This document shows positions 27,301 through 38,597 of a stretch of 64,000 nt of DNA, in pieces (the stretch's first letter is position 1; the number at the start of each line of letters is the position of its first letter). The position numbers were made by a program, and so were the translations under genes. Origin of the DNA: Marsupella aquatica (Eukaryota > Plantae > Marchantiophyta); the NCBI GenBank assembly GCA_973895155.1, contig OZ316894.1:12936828-13000827 (forward strand), given 5' to 3'. The notes beneath the pieces were generated by a model. It saw nothing but the letters and a program-made list of their open reading frames with translations. It made no database searches and had not been told where the DNA came from.

Positions 27301-28102
27301 AGTTTTGGGGTACCAGCCCATGCCTTTGCATTCCTCCTCTTCTTTCGGCGGAAGTAGTCACAAGTTTTATTCATGCACTCAATAAATCCAGTACAAGTGA
27401 CTTTACCAAATTCCCAGTATTTCTTGGGCTGCACGTTTGCAGTGGTAGGAAATATTCTAGTCCAGATGTAGCAATCCTTGGTTCGGTCCATGTCCCGTAG
27501 ACGGGATCCTTTTGAAAGAATTCCCGACGATGGAGGCAACTCAAACACTACATTTCCATTGTACTTCGGAGGCAAACAAGGTACTTGTTCATGCCGGAAG
27601 TTTCCAGTCGCAATGAACCTCGAAAGTTTGTTGGACCCAGTTGACTTGAGCAGCGCGTCCATTGCACTTCTCCGGTATACAATATGGGATTTTGATGATG
27701 GCATCTCCTCTTTGACCAAGACCACGTCAGGCACCAAAGGCTCCACAAAGGGGATCCTTGGTGGCTCCTCATCATCACTATCGGAAAGAGTAACTACATC
27801 CACCGGATCCCTCTGAGGGGATTGCCGATCTCCTTGATTTGGTTCCCGAATGACAATGGAGTAGCGCAACCCAACATTAAGGTGCCAGAATCTCACCCCA
27901 TCATTGACATCAAAAAGTGCGACAGATTCGAAGTCATTGGCTTCCGTTCCCTCCTGAACGATTCCTCTATGTCATTCATGCGCAAATCAAACCTTCCACA
28001 AAGATAAAGCTCACTTATTTGCCTGTACCTTTCGGCCACAGACACTGGAATGGAAACAATGTCACCGGTGGACATACGGGTAACTACGATTGACTGAGAC
28101 AT
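24315..28102 (-). pseudogene. MULE-type DDE transposase with an N-terminal GCM-like Zn domain and a C-terminal SWIM finger; intron 26117-25864
   Basis: N-terminal C/H-rich region 'CTGFIECMNKTC...CHYC...CVETCSAR...IHMGTHNHP'; catalytic-like 'WVSFD', 'GFMAD' and 'SESVHA'; SWIM 'CSCEDF...PCKH'. Canonical GT-AG intron, in-frame TAGs and frameshifts. Confidence 0.8.
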
Positions 28103-28249
28103 CACAGAAGCCTCAGAAGCGAATGAGCGCAGGAAAATTATGAATCAAAATTCCACTAGCGAGGACTGTTATTGATCCTGACTAACAGTTCCCTAAAGCC
28201 ATTATAATAAGACAATCCTCTGACACCATAAATGTATTTTGTCGTTATA

Positions 28250-28790
28250 TCAACGTCATTTATGATCAACGTCATTTATGATCAACGTCATTTAGGAAGA
28301 ACCCTTTTGTTCTAGAAATATCAGATGATGAATAGCGCCAGGCGCTATTAAAAACAATCCAAAAGTAAAGGCCCATATAGAGTCAATTTATGTGTAGCGC
28401 CTGGTGCTATTAATAACAATCCAAAAGTTTAGGTTCCGTCTAACGTCAATTTATGTGTAGCGCCAGGCGCTAATAAAAGCAAATGATATAAAACAAATTC
28501 CTAAAGGAGACACTGGATGATTAGCGCCAAGTGCTAATATTGATATCATTCATATTATGAACGTATACAATGGTAAAAACTTGAAGTAGGAGCCTTCAAA
28601 AGGCTAAAAAAGCTTTGTTTTTTGCTAGCACCGGGCGCTAGTTTTCTTTTGTATCAGAAATATGAGAAAACCGGATTTTTGGGAAAGTAATGGCGTATTA
28701 ATGCCTCTTATGGCTCTATATTGAATTCCCAACTGACATAAAAATTGAAGATTTTAGGCCTTGGAAATTACTAGCGCCGGGCGCTACTAT
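28250..28790. promoter_or_regulatory. Divergent intergenic region with six TAGCGCC-N-GGCGCTA palindromes, a ~63-bp tandem unit and 3x TCAACGTCATTTATGA
   Basis: Palindromes start at 28333, 28395, 28458, 28522, 28626 and 28772; the 16-bp tandem lies at about 28250-28293. Confidence 0.8.
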
Positions 28791-29285
28791 TTGGTGAGTA
28801 AAAATGAATTCAATATATTCTTAGGTTTTCCTTTCAACGGTCATATTCAACGGTAACTATAGGTTGCGTGACCCTCAATCCATCGATCCTCTTTGGTGTT
28901 GTCGAATAAGATAACGACATGTGTCACAGATCCAGGCCAGGGGTTCAGTTTCCTTAGCGTATATGTCATGCTTTGTGCTCTAGATTCTTCTTATTTCCCA
29001 TGTTAAGTACAGTATGATCGAAGCTATTTGACGGGTTTTTGCCATTTGCGGTATGGAAAGAGCGCGGTGGTCGTCAGTACTTCCTTCGCCCTTGTGCGAG
29101 CAATGGACCTTGCCTTCTCCTCTCAATGATTTAGTGGAAACGGACACAAAGAGGTCATTCCCTCGCAAACATCTGAGTGCTCATTTTCAGGATCTGTGTA
29201 TAGTCGTCGAGTGACTCAATCCACTGCTTCGCGAGCTCTTGAATCACAACCCGTTGTATCATTCCCGAAGAGCAAGAGAGGGAAG

Positions 29286-30600
29286 ATGGATGATTCTGAT
29301 TCGTTTGCTATGGAGGACTTCGGAGAGACATCGCTTACTATTTGCAATGTGATCTCCAAACACATTATGTCATTTGGAAAAGATTTCCGAGGACATGACA
29401 AGGATCCGCCAAGGATTCCAATGTGCCGACTACTTCATATGGAAGTAGTGCGGATATTACAGAAGGGAAGTCCTTCGATAGAGAAGCTGAAAGACTCCTT
29501 TCAGAGCACAAGATACAATTCTAAGATCGGCATGCTATTTTACGTCCAACCAACAGATTCCAATGGAGAAGTCCACATCTGCACGCCTGAGATTCGTGCT
29601 TCCTAGGATGCAATTTGGGTCGTAGAGAACAAAAAGTTTGAGGCAGAATGTGCTGCAGACCCTGACTTTGCAATTTTGCAGGATAAGATGTTTTTTGTGT
29701 TTGATGAAACCATCAACTCTACACATGGTCCATCGTCACAAAGGAGAATCCGGATGATGTGAAATACCATCCAATGCACAATATTCAAGGGAGAAAAGGG
29801 GTCCTTGATCGAGATTGAGGCGGCGATGCACACTGTTAACCAGTAAGTGTCTCTTCCAACATATTTCTATTCTAATCTATGATCACACTACTGACTCCCT
29901 CTCTCGTTTTCAGGCTTGGGCAGGTAGTGGTCGAACCCTCTTGGATACTTGACGCATACCGTATCAACCAAATTCTCTCGAATGAACTCGATTACTACAA
30001 GTCTATCATTGACGTTGCAAACTTCAAGAAGTTTGGACAGATCATGCAGAAAACACGGAAGGGATCGTGGTATACCAAAAAAATGCCTCAAGAAGCGCTT
30101 CTATACATCTTGTGTGAGAATAAGATCAAGTCTTATTCTCGACAGTTTAAGATGGATCTGGAACATGCTGCCGCTCAGGGTACACCTTGGTCTCCCGGAG
30201 AGATTTCAAAAAGACATGCAGCGATGATGAAGGAGGCAACAAAGGATTGGGCGATAAAGGTGTCAAAAATCATTCCTCTATTAAGCCTCGCTTTTGAGGA
30301 TTTCATGCGGACATGTGCCAAGATGTACCCCCTCACAGAGAAGAATAAGAGAGAGAAGAAGTCGGATGCAGTTGTCTGTACAATGGATTGAGCAAGATTG
30401 TTTACCGTTGTCTCTGCCCTCGACCCCAAGCTAAGGAGTACCCTTCTGGTTGCCCATTGTACACCGGAGCCGAGAAAACAATTCTTCCATCCACAGAGCG
30501 TTAATGACAATCCAGTGAAGCAATGGTGCCATACCTGGCAAACTTGGAACACTGTGGAGGGAATCGCTATTGGTTTGCTACAAACCTCCCTATGCCAGGT
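29286..30600 (+). pseudogene. Accessory transposon gene with a ParB/Sulfiredoxin-like N-terminal domain; intron 29843-29913; 3'-truncated
   Basis: 'IPMCRLLHMEVVRIL...SIEKLKDSFQST...FYVQP...KMFFVFD(G)NH(Q)LYTW' follows the ParB-N pattern (PR...L.ELA.SI...G...DGxHR). The DGNHR motif is disrupted by a 1-nt loss and a CGA>CAA change. The intron splices in frame (…MHTVNQ|LGQVVVEP…). Confidence 0.65.
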
Positions 30601-30979
30601 CAGTGATATAGTGTGACACGGGCAATGTGTCACTTGACCAAACCGAGGTCGAAGATTAGGACTTATACGGTCATAAGGACCGTAGCCATAGCGTAGAATA
30701 GCACGTATAGCCGCCAAGTTGCCATTATGATTAGATTAGGAGTAGGTTAAGATAACCGAATAATTACGAGTTCAGGAAAGGGATTATTACGCACGACCGA
30801 GGTACGGTGGCGGCAGCGGAGTAAAAATCAGTTAGAAGAATCACGCTTGGACCGAGATGCCGACTTCAGCTCGTTATCAATGACCAAACGGCCTGACCTT
30901 CTCACGCTCGGGCTCGTCCTGGCACCCCCATAAGAGAGGAGCCGATGGCACTGCGGGCCATTCGCTCACGTTTACCTTT

Positions 30980-33900
30980 TTGGAATTCACGGACGCTGCC
31001 ATCCGCTCGCCTTTTTGATTGAATCCAGTCGATCTTTACGAGGAAATTATCGAGGGAGAAGAGCAGAATGTGGTGAGATTTAGTCAGGACGAGCGAGGCC
31101 TCCGCGAAAAAGGACCAGCCAGGTGGGAACGTGGACGCAACGAACCAGACTACGAGGTTAGTATGACCCTCACAGCCTTGGGATTTTGGACCTTGTTTGG
31201 CGAGGTAGGTGCTAAGTTCTCCGAGACTTACTGGTACTCTTGCCCCGAGAAAGCCGCTTATGAACGAAGGTACGTGAAGCTGGTAACCAAGGTAGCACTG
31301 GTTAATTGCGAAAGGACAGCCATCACCGGGGATTCTAGCTATAACGAGCTGCGAGACTACATCACCGAACTATATCTCAGCGAGGAAGGGCTTAGATCGG
31401 TAGCAGAGGCGATTCTTGAGGTTCCAGCTAAGTTCTTTAAGCTGAAGGGCAACCAGCGGCTTACTCGAGCGGAGTTCGACAAGATTCCGGGGTACCTAGA
31501 CCAGCAGATCGCAACCGAAAAGCGCCAAGAAGACATCAGCAGACAACGGGAAGCGGCGTGTAATCTCACGTTCCTTGGGGAAAGCTCCAACGCCTTCAAC
31601 TGGGATATGGCTACCCCAGCGCCTCAACCGATGACCACCGGAGTACCGCCGAACCAGTCCCAAGTCCGTCCAGTAATCAACGCGGAGTGTTCTTCGGGTT
31701 CCGAGCAAGCTAGTCCGCAACTCGAACAGCGTCCTCGTAAGCGGTCAAGGACTACGACGGCCCCCGAATCAACACGGACCGACGCCGCGCCTGCACCTGC
31801 CCCGACAAACCCCCCGACCAACCAGACCCGACGGCCCCCGGATAACCCAAAGTCCAACTTATTACAGGTAATCCGCATCCCCGAGGTAGTCTGGATCGCG
31901 ATCAAGAAACTCGAACATGCGGACTATCTCAAGGAGCATCAGTTGGAGCGGTTCGCCCACTTACTATGGAGGCCATGCGCCACCGGGCCGAAGGAGATTT
32001 GTGAGTTCATCTCCAATTTCGACATTGATGCGTCGACCACCAAGGTTGCGGGGCAGACCTTATCACTCATGGAGCATCGGTTAACGCAAATTTTCGGCCT
32101 ACCAACCGGGCCGGTGCCGGTGGAAATCCAAATTCGGGATAAGGAGTATACGCCGCGGCACTTCAAACCCGAGGGTAAGACGGACAACGGATAGAAGCAG
32201 GGGGCGTGCACCAACTTAACCTGTATGGAGCGGCTTAACTTCATACGGACTACCCTACACATGATTGAGCCACGATCCGAGATTTCCCTCTGCACGATCG
32301 TGCAGGTGGAACAGTACAAACGACAAAACTGGGCCCAATTCTTCTACCGAAGATTCTCGGGGGAGCTGAAGCGGGCTCAGGGTGGTATGGCTATTGGAGG
32401 GAAGACTTACTTGGGAAGTCATATCGCCATTATCCTTGCCTGGTACAAGGCACGGCGGGAGGCCAGAGGAAAGAATACGGCCACCTCAGCCCCGGGTAAT
32501 GTCACCCCCGCCCTAGAGGAGGCAACCCCGACTACGCGGACTACTGTCCCTCGGACAAACCCCGAGCCGGAAGCCCCGACTAATACTCCGCAACCGCCCC
32601 CTGTGGAAATTCCACCGCCTCCTTCCGTTGAGCCTCCGCTACCTACAGTACAACCACCCCCAATCCCTCCACCACCTGAAGAAACCTTCCCCTCCCCAGC
32701 GCTGACTACGGAGGAGCTCATTGCCCCTGCCGAGGAACCACCAGTACCCGAGAGGATGGAGGACTACCAAGTAGCCCCGGGGACCATGGCCTACGACCTG
32801 GTCCAGAATTTTAGCCAGACTATCTCTCTGAAAAAAGGGTCCTTGCTCCAACTCTTCCCCAAAGATGCTGAGCGCCAACTCTCCACACATTTCCCCGTAC
32901 TCCATGGCTCTATTTTTAGCATAGTTGGAGGAAGTAGAAGTTTGGATAGCGCCAATTAGAAGAAGCGGTGGCTTTGGAAAGAACCAAGAAGGACGAGGTC
33001 ATCCGTCGGCTCAGGGCAAGGGAAGCCGAAATCAAAGACCTGAGGGCGGCCAAGAAAGCCCAAGATGAGCTGCAGATTAAGCGGCATGAGCTAAATATCA
33101 TTCAGGGCCAATTGGATACCGCACAGTCTGATAATCGGATTATCGAGAATAAATTGACTCGAACCCAAGAAGAGTTGGCCGATGCGATCAAGGAGCGGGA
33201 GAAGTGGAAGCGAGAGCTGAGGGGTGCAGAGGAGGCCCACATAACAGCCAACAACCGGGCCAGGGCAGAGACCCAGAGAAGGGAAAGGGCATTGAAGGGG
33301 GAGCTCGAGGTTATCCGCGGAGCCCTTGAGAAGAAGGAGGCCGAGTTGGGGAAATCCTATCAAGGGATTATTGCGCTGTAGTAGGAGCTTGCATCCCTGA
33401 CGGCCAGCTTCAAGGCCGACCTACGTGAGAAGGACAATATGCTCGATCAGACTTACGCCAAGATGAACCAGATGGAGTCTGTCATCATTGCAGAGCTCGA
33501 CAAGGAGTTAAGAGCGACCCGGGAGGAGAGAGCTGCGTTTAAACAGGAATTGGAGGAAGCCCAAAAGGAGCTGGAGGAGGCGCGCAAGGACCTGGACGAA
33601 GTGCAGGAAGAGTTGGAGGAAAGCACGCGGAAGCTAGAGAACTTACAACGACGAGCCGACAACCAAACGGAGCGGCTGAAGAAACAAGCCGCAGTATTTA
33701 AGTGCTTGGCTTCATCAGGGCCAACTCAAATTGAGGCCACTAAGTTACCAGGAGTGGTACTGGCCAAAGGACAAGCCGCGCCATTTGCACTAGTGCCGGA
33801 AGTAAGTGGGAAGGGGAAGGGGCCAGCTGCCGAACCAGAAAAGAAGAAGCGGAAACCTTCAGGGTCAGGGAGTAATACGGCTCCACAGGCCATGGTGACC

Positions 33901-34218
33901 AAGGAGGTAAACCCAGCACCGACCTCAGGCAGGGTTACGGCAGAGGATCCAACTACCCTAGAAGAAGGGGATGACAAAGCCGAGGCCAGGATACTCGGTA
34001 ATGAAGCCAAGGTACCCAATCCGCCACTTGAGTGTGCAAGGGAGGCCGTAGCCGAGGCTGATGTTGAAGCCGATGCCGTTGCCAGGGGTGGACCCAGTCA
34101 AGCCGATGGAGAGTTGACTCAGTCAAGGGCAGGTAATTTGTCAGAGAACGAACCTATAGCAGTGGCTGAGGTGGAAGCGTTGGGGGCGTCCACTGAGGAA
34201 CAGCCACCGCTGCCATGA
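30980..34218 (+). pseudogene. Retrotransposon-associated extra ORF: plant-mobile-domain/transposase_32-like core, Pro-rich linker and long coiled coil
   Basis: 'EICEFISNFD...KVAGQTLSL...LTQIFGLP' core, followed by Pro-rich and heptad-rich segments; several stop codons. Confidence 0.55.
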
Positions 34219-35103
34219 CGGTGGTGGAGGGCGGACGTGGAGGGAGGAGGCGTGAGTGGGCAGGGCGGGCTCAGATCTCTAAGTTTAGGATTAGGATCAG
34301 GACCAGGAGGCGGCCCTGACACTTAGCTTAGTGGGATTGCGGTTCCACTGGTAAGAGCAACACTTGTACTCCTGCCTCGCTATACATAGGTAGATTCAGT
34401 TAGGTAGATTAAGCTTACACTGCAAGGAATTAGGCGGATCCACTACCAGGATAAGTACCTGGGCAGCGGGGAGCTCAGGGCCTCTTCTTTAGCAAGTTTT
34501 TAGTTGCACCAGCTGGGCTGGGATCAAGTAGTAAGAGAAGCTCTCGGTTAGTCATACAGTGACCCTTGTGTATATTCATTTTTCCTCATGCCTAAGAGCT
34601 GAATAGAGTTGGCCTCACGGCTTAGTTCGCAGAGCTTGTGTATGAGATGTACTATTTGTATGGCAAGTGCATGGTATGACTCAGTCAGAAGGAGTCATTT
34701 TGCTATTTGTGTGTCGCATTAACTTGTGTGAAGAGTGCCCACATCAACTAATAGAGGAAGGAAAGTAAGCAAGAGAGTGAGAGTTGGATGTGTCAAGCTG
34801 AGAGAGGTCTTAGCGGCTTAACCAAGCCTATTGGGGATCATTCCGGCGGCGGAATCCAAATATACCTAACAAGACGGAGGGGAAGACAAGGGAAGGCCTA
34901 GATTAGGCCGGCTACGTATCTCATGACCCGATGAAGGATCTGTCCAGTATATGTGTGTAAAATGTTAATAGTAGTAGTAGAAGGAGGTTAGCAGCGTCCA
35001 ATGCCACTAAGCCGCGGAAACGGCCTCGCCAAGCGCAAAACCCGCGGGAATCGGCTTGTGAAGGGGGGTTTCTGGGGTTTAGGGAGCCATGGGATGCACC
35101 ACA

Positions 35104-36968
35104 AAACACAACCAAAAAATCTCACCAAACTAACTCGCTTTGCAGTACAAGTACTTCGCTCAATGTATGGTCTGAAACAGAGCGAATTGACATGGTATAA
35201 GAGATTCAAATCAGAAATGCTAGCAATGGTATTCACGAATGCAGACATAACACCATGCATATTCATTAAGAAAGAAGGACGAGAACTCATAATCATTGCC
35301 ATATACGTGGATGATCTGAACTTATTCAGGACCAGCCGAATCATGCTGGAAACCATTAAATTACTGAAAAGGGCATTCAAGGTGAGAGACTTGGGGCAGA
35401 CTACATCTACCTCGGATTGCAATTTGAACACTTGCCCACTGGAATTTTCCTGCGTCAATCTACATACACAAGAAAGATATTGAAACAATTTAACATGCAT
35501 CAGGCAAAACCGTTCCAATCTCCAATGGACATTCACTCCTTGGATAAGGATAAGGACATCTTCCGGAAGAGGAACAAGAACGAGCCACTACTTGGCTCAG
35601 AAAAACCATACCTATCTGCTATAGGTGTCCTAATGTTTCTCGCCAACCAGACCAGACCTGATCTGGCATTCTGGGTGAACTTGCTGGCCCGCCACAGTGC
35701 AGCACCAACAATACGCCACTAGAATGGCATCAAGCAAATTTTCTGCTACCTAAGAGGTACCATAGACCTGGGATTATTCTACCCGAAGAACGCTACTTAC
35801 TTACTAACTGGATATGCTGATGCAGGATATGTGTCCGATCCTCAAGACGCTAAATCACAAACAGGGTACGTGTTCTTGATGGGGCAAACGACGATCTCAT
35901 GGAGGAGCAACAAGCAAACGCTTACCACGACCTCATCAAACCACTCTGAAATAATTGCGTTATACAAAGTCAGCCGCGAGTGCATCTGGATACGAACGTG
36001 ATCAACCACATACATTATAACACAAGAACGCCAAGACTGACTGCACCCCTACATGTATACGAAGACAACCGACCATGCATCGATCAAATTCAAACAAGTT
36101 TCATCAAGGGTGACAGGACAAAGCACATTGCCCCTAAGTTCTTCTTTACTAAGGAGCAGCAGAGCAAAAGCATTGAAGTGCACTAGATACCAAGCAAATC
36201 AAACTCTGCAGATATGTTTACGAAAGCCCTACCACCCACTCTCCACAAAAAGCATGCACATTTGATAGGGCTAAGAAACTTATCTCAATTGCAGATAAAC
36301 TAACCAAACTTGGGATCGTAGTTGATACGCTCACACCATTCAGGGGGAGATCCGCTCGACCTCCGCCTGATCGTAGACAAAAATTAACAGCTTTGCAGCC
36401 GAAAGTGCGTTCCAAACCAAGAACAACGAGACGACCCCACATAAGAACAATTCAAGACCATCAAAATGGCCGAACGTCCAATAACCCAAGAATGACACTC
36501 GGCAAAAGACATCACCACTACGACACCACAATATCGACAAACCACGTACTTAGGGCAACGACAATACACGACAAAACATCAAAGGACACCAATGTCCACT
36601 AGAATCAACGTTACACACTAGCATATAAGGTTATGTTAGCCCAATACAACAATACTTTTAAGTTAAATTACAAAGTAAATCATGGAGGGAATGGTAATAC
36701 TCTTTCCCCCCACAAGAAAGGAGGGGGGGTTTTAATGAGATTACAGTCCCCCATAATGATTAAAGTAGGCTTTAATTGGTTGCAACATTTCCCCAGACCA
36801 TGTTACACCCAAGGGGAAGTGTTGTAACCTAAGTTAACTCTAGCTTACCTAGGACCAAGCCTACTATGGTTAGGTTAAGACCAACTGCCCAACTGCCTTA
36901 CCTACCTAAGGGGCTATATGTATATTATGAGGAATGAATGGAAGCATGATTGTTGATGAGCTACAACA
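35104..36968 (+). mobile_element. 5'-truncated Bianca-like copia: RT-RNase H remnant, PPT and 3' LTR (36820-36968)
   Basis: 'SMYGLKQS', 'IYVDD', 'PYLSAIG', 'YADAGY', 'KHIAPKFFF'. The PPT CAAGGGGAAG is identical to that of the 13-kb element; the LTR runs TGTTGT...TACAACA. Confidence 0.88.
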
Positions 36969-37060
36969 CAATGCAATTACTACGGCTCGATTCATGTATG
37001 AGCAGATCTTCACCAGGTATGGCGCACCCCTAGAGTTAGTTAGTGATCATAGAGGAACCC
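36969..37060 (+). pseudogene. Short Ty3/gypsy integrase-core fragment (target of the copia insertion)
   Basis: Translates as NAITTARFMYEQIFTRYGAPLELVSD. Confidence 0.7.
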
Positions 37061-37333
37061 TGTAATGCCTAGCTAGGAATCACTAGGCCAGTTAAAGTGG
37101 TAAAACCAGGAGTGTACCCTGAAAACACATTAGTATAGTAACAAAACAAGGAAAATATAAACAATTAAGGGTGACTATGGAACCCAAGCCGAGGCCGGTG
37201 TCATGAGGTTTTCTTCCTAAGGGAGAAATCCTCATGTTTAGCTTGTGCAAAAGAAGAGAAAGAAAAAGATTAAAAACATGCAACTTTTGCAAAAAAAATT
37301 TGTGGTATTTCAAAGTGTAGTCAAGTCTGGTTT

Positions 37334-38170
37334 TTGAGTAAAGATGAGTGTTTAGGTGTAGGGAGTCAAAAGCTGAAAAATAAAGAAAAGTTCATGTTGC
37401 GTGTAGGAGAGTTGGTTGCTGATGAAGAGATCCTTGGTTTATATGATGAGTATGGCAATGAGCCCTCTTTTGTACATATTTTGAGAGATATTGCTAAAGG
37501 TGAGAGTGAGATAGAGGTAGGGGGAGAATTCTATGGAGAGATGATTCATTTGTTGGGGCCTGAAATGAGTATCCACACAAAGTACAAAATAGTGGAACAA
37601 AAGGTTCGTCCCGCATCTGTTCCATTACCACCTAAGGCTAGGGAGATGATTGAGAGTGCAAGTAGAGAGCCTTGCTTAAGACCTTCAGAAGATATTGGGC
37701 ATGTGTTTACAAAAGAGACATTGGCAAGCTTGAAGATAGGAGGTGATGGGCTATTGACTGATGTGGAGATTTCAGCTTTTAGAAACATGGTAAGGGTGCA
37801 TGGAAAGGCATTTTCTTTTGTGTTGGAGGAGATAGGATGTGTCAACCCAAGTGATGTGGCTCCTATGATTATCTTTTCTGTTCCTCATATCCCTTGGGAT
37901 CTCAAGCCTTTACCAGTACCTAGGGCTATGCTTCCAAAGGTTATTGATTTGTTGAAAGAGAAGATTAAGGCTAGAATTCTTGAAAGGTCAGATGCTCCAT
38001 ACTCAAATCGGTGGTTTATTGTTAAGAAAAAGAATGGTAAGATGAGATTCATTCAAGATATGCAACCACCTAACAAGGTGACCATTAGGAATGTAGGGAC
38101 TGGATCTGTTGTTGATGAGTTTGCTAAAGAATTTGCAGGAAGTGCTATCTATTCCATTGATGACTTGTTG
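37334..38170 (+). pseudogene. Ty3/gypsy RT N-terminal fragment, paralogous to 42897-44273
   Basis: Shares 'TKYK.V..KVRPA', 'ERSDAPYSNRWF.V.KKNG..RFIQDMQPPNKVTIRNVG'; ends abruptly. Confidence 0.9.
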
Positions 38171-38194
38171 GCTACCTCCTATTCACTTAGATCT

Positions 38195-38520
38195 TACTCA
38201 AGTTAAAATGCTAGTTAAACCGATAAGGTGGCAGTTTCCGGTTTGCAAGCAAATGAAGGGGAGACAATTGTTAGGTGGCATGTGCAAGAGATAGGGCTCA
38301 AGCTTTGGAGTGCAAGACAAGCTTGGGTAGGTGAAGAGGAGGGTTGTGGCGTGGCACTAATGGCCATCGCTTCTTACTAAAGTTAAAAGAGTTGTTAAAC
38401 CGGTAAGATGGTAGTTTCCGGTTTGCAAGCAAATGAAGGGGAGACAAGTGTTGGTGTTGGCATCGCTAAGGGTGAAGCTCAAGCTTGAGTATGACAACTC
38501 AAGCTAGGAGATAAGGTTGA
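38195..38520. repeat. ~180-bp imperfect tandem duplication
   Basis: 'agttaaaa…gttaaaccg…agtttccggtttgcaagcaaatgaaggggagacaa…gctcaagctt' occurs twice. Confidence 0.7.
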
Positions 38521-38597
38521 GCCTTGCCTTGGTGGTGGGCTACTATTTGTGGAGGTTAACCAGGTGGTTGAGTTCATAGAGGGAGGTGTTTACAAAA

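Larger units (their letters stand above)
23681..30600. mobile_element. Mutator-like DNA transposon: left end, transposase and a divergent ParB-like gene; truncated on the right
   Basis: Putative terminus GACAGAAAACAGGAAAACAGGAATTC (similar to 38598), DDE/SWIM transposase on the minus strand, second gene on the plus strand, and repeated palindromes in non-coding parts. Confidence 0.75.
20648..32941 (+). repeat. 12,294-bp duplicated block, copy 1
   Basis: Collinear with 50242-62535 at a constant offset of 29,594 bp; the ORF track is duplicated. Confidence 0.97.

Noticed and set aside
24077-28786. Palindromes as a CRISPR array or rho-independent terminators
   Set aside because: Spacing is irregular, the 1-nt centre cannot form a normal hairpin loop, and there are no U-tracts.
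34963-35103. Short TG…CA LTR, or a reverse tRNA-Gly-type PBS (TGGTGCATC)
   Set aside because: There is no partner LTR, PPT or TSD, and only about 9 nt of tRNA-like match.
37061-37330. Start of another LTR (TGTAATGCC…)
   Set aside because: Plausible, but no second copy, end or TSD is present in the window.
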